A stretch of 64,000 nt of DNA from Acidimicrobiia bacterium (GTDB taxonomy: Bacteria > Actinomycetota > Acidimicrobiia > Acidimicrobiales > JANYDT01), in assembly GCA_031418035.1 (NCBI GenBank), contig JANOWU010000037.1, forward strand, positions 873 to 64,872, read 5' to 3'. This document shows, piece after piece, positions 1 through 8,708 of this stretch (its first letter is position 1; every line of letters begins with the position of its first letter). The position numbers and the translations under genes are program-made. The notes beneath the pieces were generated by a model. The model was not told the DNA's origin. It made no database searches and saw nothing but the letters and a program-made list of their open reading frames with translations.

Positions 1-201
1 CTCGGCCGACGGAGATCCGAACCGCAGCTTCTCCGCTAACGGGAGCGCAAAAAAGGCACTCGTTGCGGCACGCATATCGTCGATGACCGAATGAGGAACG
101 CCATGATCGGCAATTTGCAGGAATCCAATCATCGAGGCGGCAGCGTCGATCGCTTGTGGCGCGTGGGACGACTCCAGCGAAACAACGGGTACGTCTATCA
201 T
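1..201 (-). CDS. 2OG-Fe(II) oxygenase family protein, N-terminal part (partial, continues beyond window start)
   Basis: Manual minus-strand translation from ATG at 201-199: MIDVPVVSLESSHAPQAIDAAASMIGFLQIADHGVPHSVIDDMRAATSAFFALPLAEKLRFGSPSAE. This fits the N-terminal pattern of isopenicillin-N-synthase-like 2OG oxygenases (IPVIDL ... GFF.v.nHG ... FF.LP..eK). It is absent from the ORF track because it is truncated by the window edge. Confidence 0.5.
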   Translation of the reverse strand, partial: MIDVPVVSLESSHAPQAIDAAASMIGFLQIADHGVPHSVIDDMRAATSAFFALPLAEKLRFGSPSAE

Positions 202-208
202 TCGCCGA

Positions 209-230
209 CTCTATCCACCCTCTATCCACC
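209..230. repeat. Tandem 11-bp direct repeat CTCTATCCACC x2 (DnaA-box-like core TATCCAC) in a divergent promoter region
   Basis: Read directly: ctctatccacc ctctatccacc at 209-219 and 220-230. It lies between the minus-strand oxygenase start (201) and the plus-strand start at 333. Confidence 0.6.
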
Positions 231-332
231 AACTCTTGTCACACCCCCCGTTCATCATTGTCGTCATGCGCTTCCCTCCTGCTCTCCACAAGCTTCGTCC
301 GCGAGCCATTCGTGCCCGCAGGAGGTGGTCTC

Positions 333-716
333 ATGGCCAAAATCATCCGTCCCGCCAGCCGAAACCTGACCCTTATCGAGGGTGACATCGTCGGCACCGT
401 GCAATTCCGCACCACGTCGCAGGGTCCCCAGGTGTCATTCGATGTCCGAGCCGATGCGCCGGATCGCTCCGGCAATGTGCGCGGCGTCGTCACGCCGGTC
501 GTGTATCCCGTTGGTGAAACCGACCCGTGGAATGAAGGTCGCTTGCCCAGCGAAGGAGAACGCGTGCTCGTGGTCGGAGCCACGCGCCGGCGCTTCTTTC
601 GCAGCGGTGGCGCGACCGTGAGTCGCACGGAGGTCGAAGCCCACACGATGCTCCTCGGGTCCGATCGACGCCGGGGCAAGGTTCTGCGCGACGCATTGGG
701 TTGGGTCGGGTCGTAA
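333..716 (+). CDS. Hypothetical protein, possible SSB-like OB-fold
   Basis: Internal ATG of ORF 156..716, preceded by aggaggtggtctc (SD-like). The segment RVLVVGATRRRFFRSGGATVSRTEVEAHTM resembles the C-terminal OB strands of bacterial SSB (RV.V.GRL..R.F....G..R...EV.v). The resemblance is weak. Confidence 0.35.
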   Translation: MAKIIRPASRNLTLIEGDIVGTVQFRTTSQGPQVSFDVRADAPDRSGNVRGVVTPVVYPVGETDPWNEGRLPSEGERVLVVGATRRRFFRSGGATVSRTEVEAHTMLLGSDRRRGKVLRDALGWVGS

Positions 717-781
717 ACCACGATCGTACCTGCGCGCGTCGTGCGGGGTGCGGGTGCGGGTGCCTGCGCGCCTCGTGTGGG

Positions 782-811
782 GTGCGAGTGCGAGTGCGAG
801 TGCGAGTGCGG
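782..811. repeat. Hexanucleotide microsatellite (GTGCGA)x4 plus GTGCGG; related GTGCGG(G) copies at 741-764
   Basis: Read directly: gtgcgagtgcgagtgcgagtgcgagtgcgg, ending 13 nt upstream of the ATG at 824. Confidence 0.9.
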
Positions 812-823
812 TAGGAATACTGC

Positions 824-1939
824 ATGCGAATCGAGCGTGTCACTGCGTGGTCTGTTCACCTTCCCTACGTCGAGGGCACGTACCGGATGTCCGGTGACCG
901 TGTCACGACGGGTATGGATGCGGTTGCCGTTCGAGTGATTGCCGAAGACGGCACCGTAGGGCTCGGCGAGTCCGGCACCGTCGGGGTCACCTACGACGCC
1001 CAAAACCTGGCCGGGCAGATCACCGGCGTCACGACCCTGGCGCACGCGATCGTCGGTGCTGATGCCTCGAACCCGCGATCGGGGTTTCGTCGCATGAGCG
1101 CCGCCATGACCGGGCATCCCTACGCCAAGACACCCATCGATGTCGCGCTGTGGGATCTGGCGGCTCGTCTTTACGGCGTGCCGGTCTGGAAGCTGCTCGG
1201 AGGCGAGGGACCCGAACCCACGCCGCTGTACCGCCCCGTCCAGGGCGCCACGCCTGATGCATGCGGCGCCAAAGCTCAGGAACGACTCACCCAGGGGTAC
1301 CAACGCCTCCAGGTCAAGGTAGGCGATGACCCGATCATCGACGCGGCTCGGGTGCTCGCCGTGCGCGACGTCGTGGGCACCGACGTGGTCATCTTTGCCG
1401 ACGCGAATTGCGGGTTCACGCTGTCGGCCGCTCGCCGATTCGTACGAGAGCTCGGCGCCGACGGCGCCGGGATTTTCCTCGAGCAGCCGTGTGCCACCCT
1501 TGCCGAATGTGCCCACCTGCGTGACTCCTGGGCCGGCCCGATGGTGATGGACGAAACCATCACGTCCCTGGCCGCACTTCTGGAGGCACATCGACTCGGG
1601 GTGGCCGATGGCGTCACCGTGAAGCTCACCCGGGTGGGTGGTATTACCCCCGCCTCGACAATCCGCGACGCCGCCGTGGAACTTGGCATCGGCGTGACCG
1701 TTGAGGATGCTTCGGGTTGCGATTTGGCCGACACGACCTTCGCGCACATGAACGCGTCGACGCCGGCTCGCCTGCGCGTTCATACCGTCGACTTCGACAG
1801 CTGGAGCACGGGTCGCTTCGTCGCCGGGCCCTCGCCCCGGGAGGGATCCTTCCTTCGACCGCAGGCCGACGCCCCCGGGTTCGGCTTGACGCTACGCGAG
1901 GACAAGCTGCCCGCCCCGTTCGTCGACATTCATCGCTAA
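824..1939 (+). CDS. Mandelate racemase/muconate lactonizing enzyme family protein (enolase superfamily)
   Basis: 371 aa. The N-terminal capping-domain pattern (MRIERVTAWSVHLPY...GLGESG) and barrel segments (QRLQVKVGDDP...FADANCGF...FLEQP...MDE) are typical of enolase-superfamily racemases/dehydratases. Confidence 0.85.
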   Translation: MRIERVTAWSVHLPYVEGTYRMSGDRVTTGMDAVAVRVIAEDGTVGLGESGTVGVTYDAQNLAGQITGVTTLAHAIVGADASNPRSGFRRMSAAMTGHPYAKTPIDVALWDLAARLYGVPVWKLLGGEGPEPTPLYRPVQGATPDACGAKAQERLTQGYQRLQVKVGDDPIIDAARVLAVRDVVGTDVVIFADANCGFTLSAARRFVRELGADGAGIFLEQPCATLAECAHLRDSWAGPMVMDETITSLAALLEAHRLGVADGVTVKLTRVGGITPASTIRDAAVELGIGVTVEDASGCDLADTTFAHMNASTPARLRVHTVDFDSWSTGRFVAGPSPREGSFLRPQADAPGFGLTLREDKLPAPFVDIHR

Positions 1940-2040
1940 CTGCACGGTTCGGGAATACCCGACCAAACAGGTCGGTTTTGTCAGCTAACGTTCGCGAAAG
2001 ACATTGCGTTCGACTTCGTTCCCCGGGAGGGACCACACAC

Positions 2041-2673
2041 ATGACTCTGCGACTCGGCGATACCGCCCCCGATTTCACGGCCGAAACAACGCAAGGCGAG
2101 ATCAACTTCCACGAGTGGCTCGGCGACAGCTGGGGCGTGCTGTTCAGTCACCCCAAAGACTTCACTCCCGTGTGCACCACGGAGCTCGGTCGAGTCGCGG
2201 CCCTGAAAGGCGAGTTCGACAAGCGCAACGTCAAAGTCATCGGTCTGTCGGTCGATCCTGTCGACAGCCACCTCAAATGGGAGGAAGACATCGCCGAAAC
2301 GCAGGGAACCGCGGTGAACTTTCCGATGATCGGCGACCCCGACAAGAAGGTCAGCGATCTGTACGACATGATTCATCCCAACGCGAGCGACACCTTCACG
2401 GTGCGTTCCGTGTTCGTGATCGGCCCAGACAAGAAGATCAAGCTCCAGATCACCTACCCGGCGTCAACCGGACGTAACTTCGACGAGATTCTCCGCGTGA
2501 TCGACTCCTTGCAGCTCACGTCGAAGTTCAAGGTCGCGACACCGGTCGATTGGAAGTACGGAAACGATGTGATCATTGGTGCTGCGGTCACCAACGAAGA
2601 GGCTGCGACACTGTTCCCCGACGGCTGGACCACCGTCAAGCCGTACCTGCGCACCCTGCCGCAGCCGAAATAG
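2041..2673 (+). CDS. 1-Cys peroxiredoxin (AhpC/TSA, Prx6-type)
   Basis: Internal ATG at 2041 of ORF 1717..2673. MTLRLGDTAPDF...WGVLFSHPKDFTPVCTTELG carries the canonical peroxidatic PVCTTE motif. Confidence 0.9.
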   Translation: MTLRLGDTAPDFTAETTQGEINFHEWLGDSWGVLFSHPKDFTPVCTTELGRVAALKGEFDKRNVKVIGLSVDPVDSHLKWEEDIAETQGTAVNFPMIGDPDKKVSDLYDMIHPNASDTFTVRSVFVIGPDKKIKLQITYPASTGRNFDEILRVIDSLQLTSKFKVATPVDWKYGNDVIIGAAVTNEEAATLFPDGWTTVKPYLRTLPQPK

Positions 2674-2740
2674 CTCGATTTCCGCTGGTAAAAGCTTCTG
2701 AACTATTCCGAGTTGTTGTTTTCGATGCAACAATAAGGTT

Positions 2741-2793
2741 TCGCGAGTGAGGTTCGTCGATGGGGGTTGGCGGGCCTCACTCGCGATTTTCTC
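2741..2793 (+). terminator. Putative intrinsic terminator after the peroxiredoxin gene
   Basis: 12-bp stem tcgcgagtgagg (2741-2752) pairs with cctcactcgcga (2775-2786) and is followed by ttttctc. The loop is large (22 nt), so this is tentative. Confidence 0.45.
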
Positions 2794-2826
2794 TGTGTAG
2801 CTCCGGCGAGTTTGTAGAGTCCCTCT

Positions 2827-3783
2827 GTGAACGATGACTGGCGCGACGCCAAACCTGCAGCCATAGCGCAGGCGCTGTCGGTCGCTCAAGACAAGCCCGA
2901 TGGCGGTTGGTTCGTCGTCGATGCCTCGCGAACTCTTCAACGACTCACGAAGGCACAACGGTACGTGATCAATGACCACGAACTCGTTGCGTGGAAAGAA
3001 CGTGAACGTACGATCCGCTTGGCGCCCGGCGCCTGTCCCCATATGGGCGCTTTGCTTGCCGACGCGAGGATCGATCGGGGGTGTCTCGTCTGTCCGTGGC
3101 ACGGACTTGAACTCGATGCTCGACGCCCGACGCTCGGCTGGAAGCCTTTTCGTACCCACGACGATGGCGTCCTCACCTGGGTGCAGTTCGACGCTGACTC
3201 ACCGACCGCAACCGATGAGCCCATCCTGCCGACCCGCCCGAGCGTGTTCCTCGACGGTGTCATCCGTCGCGAAGCACGCTGCGAGCCGCGCGACATCATC
3301 GCCAATCGACTTGATCCATGGCATGGTGCCCACTTTCATCCGTATGCCTTCACCCGGCTCGAAGTGACCGAACACAGCGTCCACGAACTGCACCTACGCG
3401 TCGGCTACCGGGTCGCTCGGGGATTCGAGGTCGAAGTAGGCGCGCTGTTCGACTGCCCCGACCCTCGGACCATTGTCATGACGATTACCGACGGGGAGGG
3501 CAAAGGATCAGTCGTGGAAACGCACGCAACGCCGATGTACTCGGCGCAGTCTGCGTTCGCAAGGTCGAACAATGACCTCGGGCCCCGAACGGCAATCATC
3601 GAGGCGACGCTGGCCACCAGCGATCGTGCCGGTTTCGAGCACGCCCGTCGGGCTGCCGCCATCGCACGTCCACTTATTAAAGCGATGGCTGGCCGATTGT
3701 GGAGAGATGATGCGCGTTACGCCGAACGGCTCTATCAACTCCGGGTGCGAGCCACGAACGAGGGTGACCTGCCCACGTCATGA
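2827..3783 (+). CDS. Rieske [2Fe-2S] domain protein
   Basis: 318 aa, GTG start. The Rieske ligand motifs CPHMG (CxH) and CPWHG (CxxH) are spaced as in Rieske centres. The long C-terminal domain is of unknown function. Confidence 0.8.
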   Translation: MNDDWRDAKPAAIAQALSVAQDKPDGGWFVVDASRTLQRLTKAQRYVINDHELVAWKERERTIRLAPGACPHMGALLADARIDRGCLVCPWHGLELDARRPTLGWKPFRTHDDGVLTWVQFDADSPTATDEPILPTRPSVFLDGVIRREARCEPRDIIANRLDPWHGAHFHPYAFTRLEVTEHSVHELHLRVGYRVARGFEVEVGALFDCPDPRTIVMTITDGEGKGSVVETHATPMYSAQSAFARSNNDLGPRTAIIEATLATSDRAGFEHARRAAAIARPLIKAMAGRLWRDDARYAERLYQLRVRATNEGDLPTS

Positions 3784-4491
3784 ATCACGGGGCGCAGCCT
3801 TGCCGTGTCGATATCCGACGTCGGCTCGAAACGATGCACCGAGAAATGGTTCGCCGGTCTTGCGCGTAGCCCGAAACTGCAGCGAAATCCGAACACCTAC
3901 GTGCTTCGCGTCGGGTCCTTTGAGGTACGGGACCGAGTGCTGCCAGTCGGCTTGACACCTTCCCCCCATCACCAGCAGATCGCCACCGGCCGGCGCAAGG
4001 TCGTGGGTCGCCCCCTTCGTCGGTGCATCGACAAAGCGGCTCTCGTGACGGCGCAACATCCACGGTCGTTTCGCTCCAAGCGTCAGCACGGCGATAACGG
4101 TGTCGTCGAGCCAACGCATATCCGTGTCGCGGTGGAAGCCCTGCCCATCGTTCCCATCGCGGTATTGGATGAGACCGAACCCGGGGAACTCGACGCGATA
4201 TCGGCGCTGCAGAGTTCGCGTGACATCAGCCAACGCGTGGTGAGGCAGCGGAGTTCCGCGACGCCATCCCGATCCGAGGCGACGCTCTTCAACGTATTGC
4301 TCGTAGCGAAAGAGCTTGTTCGTCTGCCAATCGACCGTGGTCATCAGGTGATCGAAGAGGGTGTCGGCACCGAGCAGCCAATTCCGTGAAACGTCGACCC
4401 ATGACGCATCATCGAGTTGGACTCGCTCGAACGTCGCGTCGGGGTTTATCCGAACCTCGGAGTCGACATCGGAGTCGACGTCGGTGCTCAT
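3778..4491 (-). CDS. AlkB-like 2OG/Fe(II)-dependent dioxygenase
   Basis: The C-terminal region FHRDTD (HxD) ... LVMGGRCQADWQHSVP is typical of the AlkB family. I chose the start MSTDVD at 4491 because it forms an ATGA overlap with the upstream stop (4488-4490). Confidence 0.75.
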   Translation of the reverse strand: MSTDVDSDVDSEVRINPDATFERVQLDDASWVDVSRNWLLGADTLFDHLMTTVDWQTNKLFRYEQYVEERRLGSGWRRGTPLPHHALADVTRTLQRRYRVEFPGFGLIQYRDGNDGQGFHRDTDMRWLDDTVIAVLTLGAKRPWMLRRHESRFVDAPTKGATHDLAPAGGDLLVMGGRCQADWQHSVPYLKGPDAKHVGVRISLQFRATRKTGEPFLGASFRADVGYRHGKAAPRDS

Positions 4492-6128
4492 GGTTCGCCA
4501 CCCTTGGTCATTCGACGCTTCCACTGCTGCAGGCCGGCCAGCACGCCGCGGGTCGGGATCGACCACACCGGTTCCGGCGCAACACTATGAGCACATAGAA
4601 TCTTGTTCGCCGCCATGAAGCCACTCGTGACCGCTCGTTCCATGAGAGCGGTCGGGAAGGGGAGCTTGACGAGATCACCGGCGAGCACCACACGTGGATG
4701 CGGCGTCTGCACCGTTGGTCTGTGTACGTATGAGTTTGGTTCGAACGACGGGCAATCACGTCGGAGAAGAAACCGCTCATCGAGAATCTGTGCAGGTGCG
4801 GTTTCGGGATACACGTGATGCATCCATCGGATGAGTTCGGCCCGTGTCCCTTCATGGTCGATGGCGTGGGTGGCCGACAGTGCATACCCGTGTAGCTCGA
4901 TGACCGTGCCACCGTTGCTGACCTCCCAGGAGCGGGCCTGCCCCTGGTAGCGGCCCACGGCGGAGATGTTGTCGATGATTCCCATGCCCGCTGTTCCCGC
5001 GAACGGGCTTCGCTCCGGCCGAACCGGTCGATCGAGCCACAACCGAAGGACGGCGAACGGAGGAGCCTGGCGCAGCGATGCAACGCTGGTTCCCCACGTC
5101 TCACCACCGGGCACCGCTGGCAGCCACGGGTTCGACGTCACCACCGACTGCAGGGCCTCGACCGGAAGCGCAAGGACGATCGCTTCGTCGTCGTCGGGCT
5201 CGTCCATGGTGCTCACCGGAGAATTCGTGTGAATGGTTACTCTGCGAGCCTCGAGGAGGCGCTCCATCGGCCTCCACACGCAGTCGTTGAAGGGTTCGTC
5301 GAGTACGTCGAACAAGATTCCTTCGGACGAGCCGCAGAAGTACAGGTGAAACATCATCAACATCTCCGCAGCCGACATCGACTCTTGGGGGTTGAAGAAG
5401 GAATGTGCGAAGACTTCGAAAAGCATCAGTCGTGCCTGCGGCGGAAAGCGCACCCGGTCCAGGTACTCGGCGGCGCTCATCGAATCAAAGCGCGCATAAC
5501 AATCGTCGGTTTCGAAAGCGAGCATCTCGGCGGCGCTGTCGCCGTCGATTTGCTTCAGATCGCGTAACCCGATCGTCGGCGTGCGCTTGATCAGCGCCAA
5601 GAGGTTGAACGGTGGCCGTCGGGGCAGACCACTGAAGGACTCACTCGCCCCGTTCGGACCAAAGAGCGGATAGTCGTCGCACGGCCGAAGCATTCGCAGC
5701 TCGGGATCGATTCGTCGGAGGAACCTTCGAAGGTTGTAGTACTGCCGAAAGAACGCATGAAACCCGCGCTCCATCTCGATGGTGGAGGCACCCGCCGCCG
5801 CGTTGAGCTGATCCGGCCACGACGACAACCGTCCACCCAACACCGGTTCCGATTCGTGGAGAGTGACCGCGGCGCCGCGCTCGGCCAGCACGAGTGCAGC
5901 TGCCGCGCCCGCTAACCCCCCACCGGCCACGGTGACCCGCAGCGATTGACCGTTGCGCAACGTCGGATACTGCCCGACCTGTGGAAAGGTCACCAGATGA
6001 GCTCGGCGGTCATGATTGCCGATCAGCGTTGCCATACCTCCATGATCGCCGAAGGAGTTGGCTACCCGCGCGGGAACCCTCGTGGTGCTCGTTCTTTGGC
6101 GCTCGACGCTCAACCGGCCTTTCGCCAC
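4488..6128 (-). CDS. FAD-dependent oxidoreductase (phytoene-desaturase / amine-oxidase-like fold)
   Basis: The dinucleotide-binding motif VTVAGGGLAGAAAALVLAERGAAVTLHESEPVLGGR lies near the N-terminus. Length is 546 aa. The start is ambiguous: GTG at 6128 or ATG at 6035. Confidence 0.75.
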   Translation of the reverse strand: MAKGRLSVERQRTSTTRVPARVANSFGDHGGMATLIGNHDRRAHLVTFPQVGQYPTLRNGQSLRVTVAGGGLAGAAAALVLAERGAAVTLHESEPVLGGRLSSWPDQLNAAAGASTIEMERGFHAFFRQYYNLRRFLRRIDPELRMLRPCDDYPLFGPNGASESFSGLPRRPPFNLLALIKRTPTIGLRDLKQIDGDSAAEMLAFETDDCYARFDSMSAAEYLDRVRFPPQARLMLFEVFAHSFFNPQESMSAAEMLMMFHLYFCGSSEGILFDVLDEPFNDCVWRPMERLLEARRVTIHTNSPVSTMDEPDDDEAIVLALPVEALQSVVTSNPWLPAVPGGETWGTSVASLRQAPPFAVLRLWLDRPVRPERSPFAGTAGMGIIDNISAVGRYQGQARSWEVSNGGTVIELHGYALSATHAIDHEGTRAELIRWMHHVYPETAPAQILDERFLLRRDCPSFEPNSYVHRPTVQTPHPRVVLAGDLVKLPFPTALMERAVTSGFMAANKILCAHSVAPEPVWSIPTRGVLAGLQQWKRRMTKGGEP

Positions 6129-6877
6129 ACCGAGACATGCGATGGCGAATCCGCGGTGAAGCTATGTCGATCCCAGTCGGCCCAACGTGACTCCAGCGTC
6201 AACCCCGCGAGTTCGGCCATGAGGTCGAGCTCGGACGGCCAGACGTACCGAAACGCTCCCGACAGCGTGGTGACTCGATCGCCGTCGATGAAGTAGTGAT
6301 GCGAGATCAGAATTTGATTGACCCGATCCACGAACTCGTCGAATCCCAGGTGTTTCGGAGAAACGTCGAAGGGGCGAATCGTTTCGCCCGGAAGCAGTCC
6401 GCGCAGGTTCGACACGATGTTCTCGATCACGAAGCACCCACCCGGACGAAGATGCGCAGCGGCATTGCGAAAACACGCCACCTGGAGTTTCTGGGTGCGG
6501 AGGTTCCCGATGGTGTTGAACGCGAGGTACACGAGCGCCGCGTCGTCACGCACTCGGGTCTCGGTCATGTCGCCGACGCTGACCCGGATCCGTTCGGCTC
6601 CAGGTTTCTTCCCCAACTCGGCCAGCATTGGTTCGGAGAAGTCGATGCCGTGAACCACCGTTCCCGAGGCCGCAAGGGGCAGGGCGAGTCGACCGGTCCC
6701 AACGGCGAACTCGACGGCGACACCGTCCCCGGCCAAATCGGCCAGAAGACGCACCGCCGGAGTGATCGCTTCGGCGCTGAATCGATCCGACACTGCGACG
6801 TCGTATCGGGCGGCCACCGAAGGATCGAGGTGCTCATCGGGCCACGACAAGTACTCCGGAGTCACCATGGCTGTCAT
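6110..6877 (-). CDS. Class I SAM-dependent methyltransferase
   Basis: SAM-binding motif I VEFAVGTGRLALPLA followed by VHGIDFSEPML. The start MTAMVTPEY at 6877 is an internal ATG of ORF 6110..6970. Confidence 0.8.
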   Translation of the reverse strand: MTAMVTPEYLSWPDEHLDPSVAARYDVAVSDRFSAEAITPAVRLLADLAGDGVAVEFAVGTGRLALPLAASGTVVHGIDFSEPMLAELGKKPGAERIRVSVGDMTETRVRDDAALVYLAFNTIGNLRTQKLQVACFRNAAAHLRPGGCFVIENIVSNLRGLLPGETIRPFDVSPKHLGFDEFVDRVNQILISHHYFIDGDRVTTLSGAFRYVWPSELDLMAELAGLTLESRWADWDRHSFTADSPSHVSVWRKAG

Positions 6878-6977
6878 CGTTGCACTCTTCCCCGTTTCAC
6901 CGCTCGGAAATATCGAGCACGTCTGTCGTTGTTGGTCACTTCCTCGCTCTGGGAGCGACGAAGTAACCAAGACCGCG

Positions 6978-7505
6978 CTACCAGCGGGCGAAGCGCCACG
7001 ACGTCGGGCGGCCGTCGGCGTAGGGCATCACCCCGTGGACAACACGAACGTCGTCGTCGAACAGCAGGGGCACGAAGTAGCGGTCACCCTCCCACATCGG
7101 CAACGCCGCATCTGCCACGACGTCGGGGTCGTCCGCACACGCGGCGATCAGGCGTGCTCGAGCGATCCAGTGCAGGGTGCCTTCGTCGTTGCGATCCGGC
7201 ACGTCACCCGACCATGAGTCGATGACGAACACGAACCCGAGCCAATCCTCCCCGTTGGGCCCGAAACCCGGCCACGAAATGGTGGCTCGGAGGCGCATCT
7301 GCTCGACCACGATCGATGCTTCTTCCATAAGCTCACGTACCATTCCGGTGGCGATGTCTTCGTCGGCCTCGAGCTTGCCGCCCAGCCCGTTCCACTTTCC
7401 CAGCGACTGGTCGTCGGCACGTGCACTTCGGTGCACCATCAAGACCTCATCGGTGGTCCGATTCCAGGCGTAGCCAAGCGTTCCAATGATCGGGGTGTAC
7501 GGCAC
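6978..7505 (-). CDS. NUDIX hydrolase
   Basis: NUDIX box GGKLEADEDIATGMVRELMEEAS (GX5EX7REUXEEXGU). I chose the GTG start at 7505-7503, which is preceded by AAGGA. The rest of the 431-aa ORF lies antisense to the nucleoside hydrolase gene and is rejected. Confidence 0.8.
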   Translation of the reverse strand: MPYTPIIGTLGYAWNRTTDEVLMVHRSARADDQSLGKWNGLGGKLEADEDIATGMVRELMEEASIVVEQMRLRATISWPGFGPNGEDWLGFVFVIDSWSGDVPDRNDEGTLHWIARARLIAACADDPDVVADAALPMWEGDRYFVPLLFDDDVRVVHGVMPYADGRPTSWRFARW

Positions 7506-7604
7506 GGGTGTCCTTGGATCGTCGAGAAGTTGCTGGCGAGACCGTAGCCCGGTCGACTCACAGATTTGGAGCCGACGTCGATCGGTCCCCGTTAGGGTGA
7601 CGGG

Positions 7605-8708
7605 GTGCCCGAGAACGACACCCGCACCGACACACACGACACACACGACACACACGACCCGCGCACCAACACCAACAACGGCACCGACACCGACACCGCC
7701 GTTGCACCGGCGGGCAGTCGGGCCCGACCGACAATCCTCATCGATTGCGACCCCGGCCATGACGATGTCATGGCGATCGGGCTGGCGGCGCAGTACTGCG
7801 ACATCGTCGGCATCACCAGCGTCGGGGGCAACTCGACGCTGGTGAACACCACCCGAAACGCGTTGATCGCAGCGGACCTTTTCGAACTTCACCACGTGCC
7901 CGTGCACGCCGGTGCCGCCAAACCCCTGAGCGCGATCATCCAACCGCATCCCACCGAAGCCCACGGGTCGAGCGGCCTCGACGGTCCGGTCCTTCCGACG
8001 CCGTCGCGCGGCGTGACCAGTGACGATGCGGTCGGCTTCATCATCCAACAAGCGCGAGCCGTCGATGATCTTTGGCTCGTAGCCCTCGGCCCGCTCACCA
8101 ACGTTGCCCTTGCGTTGCGTCACGCCCCCGACATCGTCGATCGCCTCGCCGGCATCTCGCTCATGGGTGGATCGCTCACCGCCGGCAACAGCACCGCGGC
8201 CGCCGAGTTCAATATCTGGTTCGACGCCGACGCCGCAGCCGAGGTCTACGACACTGCTGCGCGTTCCCCGCAACTACACATCCGCATGTGCGGTCTCGAC
8301 CTCACCGCGCAGGTTGGCGTCGATGCCTCATTCGTCGACGCGCTGGCCGAACCGAACACGACCGCAACCAACTTCTGTTTCGAACTCATGACGTTCTACC
8401 GCAAGACGTCGCTTCGCTTCGCCCGGGTCGACGCCGTTGCGGAGCCCGCCCGCGCCGCAGCCCTGCGTGCGCCCCTGTTCGATCCGTGCGCCGTGCTCGC
8501 CGTCACCCACCCCGAACTGTTTGCGATACGTCGCCGCCATGTGGTCGTCGAGACCCGCGGGCAATACACCCGTGGCATGACCCTCGCGGACCTGCGACCC
8601 TGGGCCGATCCGTCCAACGCAAACGTCACCGTCGTCGAAACCGCCGACCCGTCCTGTGTTGCGGTCATTCTCGACGCAATCACCAAACCGGTCAGGCGAC
8701 GGTCCTAA
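7605..8708 (+). CDS. Nucleoside hydrolase (inosine/uridine-preferring, IUNH family) with a low-complexity N-terminal extension
   Basis: Contains the IUNH fingerprint ILIDCDPGHDDVMAI. The only in-frame start upstream of that motif is GTG at 7605, giving a T/D/H/N-rich leader of about 40 aa. Confidence 0.85.
   Translation: MPENDTRTDTHDTHDTHDPRTNTNNGTDTDTAVAPAGSRARPTILIDCDPGHDDVMAIGLAAQYCDIVGITSVGGNSTLVNTTRNALIAADLFELHHVPVHAGAAKPLSAIIQPHPTEAHGSSGLDGPVLPTPSRGVTSDDAVGFIIQQARAVDDLWLVALGPLTNVALALRHAPDIVDRLAGISLMGGSLTAGNSTAAAEFNIWFDADAAAEVYDTAARSPQLHIRMCGLDLTAQVGVDASFVDALAEPNTTATNFCFELMTFYRKTSLRFARVDAVAEPARAAALRAPLFDPCAVLAVTHPELFAIRRRHVVVETRGQYTRGMTLADLRPWADPSNANVTVVETADPSCVAVILDAITKPVRRRS
7632..7658 (+). 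repeat. In-frame 9-bp tandem repeat (ACACACGAC)x3 encoding THD-THD-THD
   Basis: Read directly. It is embedded in wider CA/AC-rich low complexity at about 7620-7705, inside the 5' end of the nucleoside hydrolase ORF. Confidence 0.9.

Noticed and set aside
239-1783. A 514-aa minus-strand ORF containing HSHSHSHSH.
   Set aside because: It is antisense to the enolase-superfamily gene and the SSB-like ORF. The HS repeat is just the translated GTGCGA microsatellite.
7506-8273. The N-terminal 255 codons of track ORF 6978..8273 (minus).
   Set aside because: This part is antisense to the nucleoside hydrolase. The NUDIX domain starts only near 7505, where a GTG with an AAGGA SD is available.
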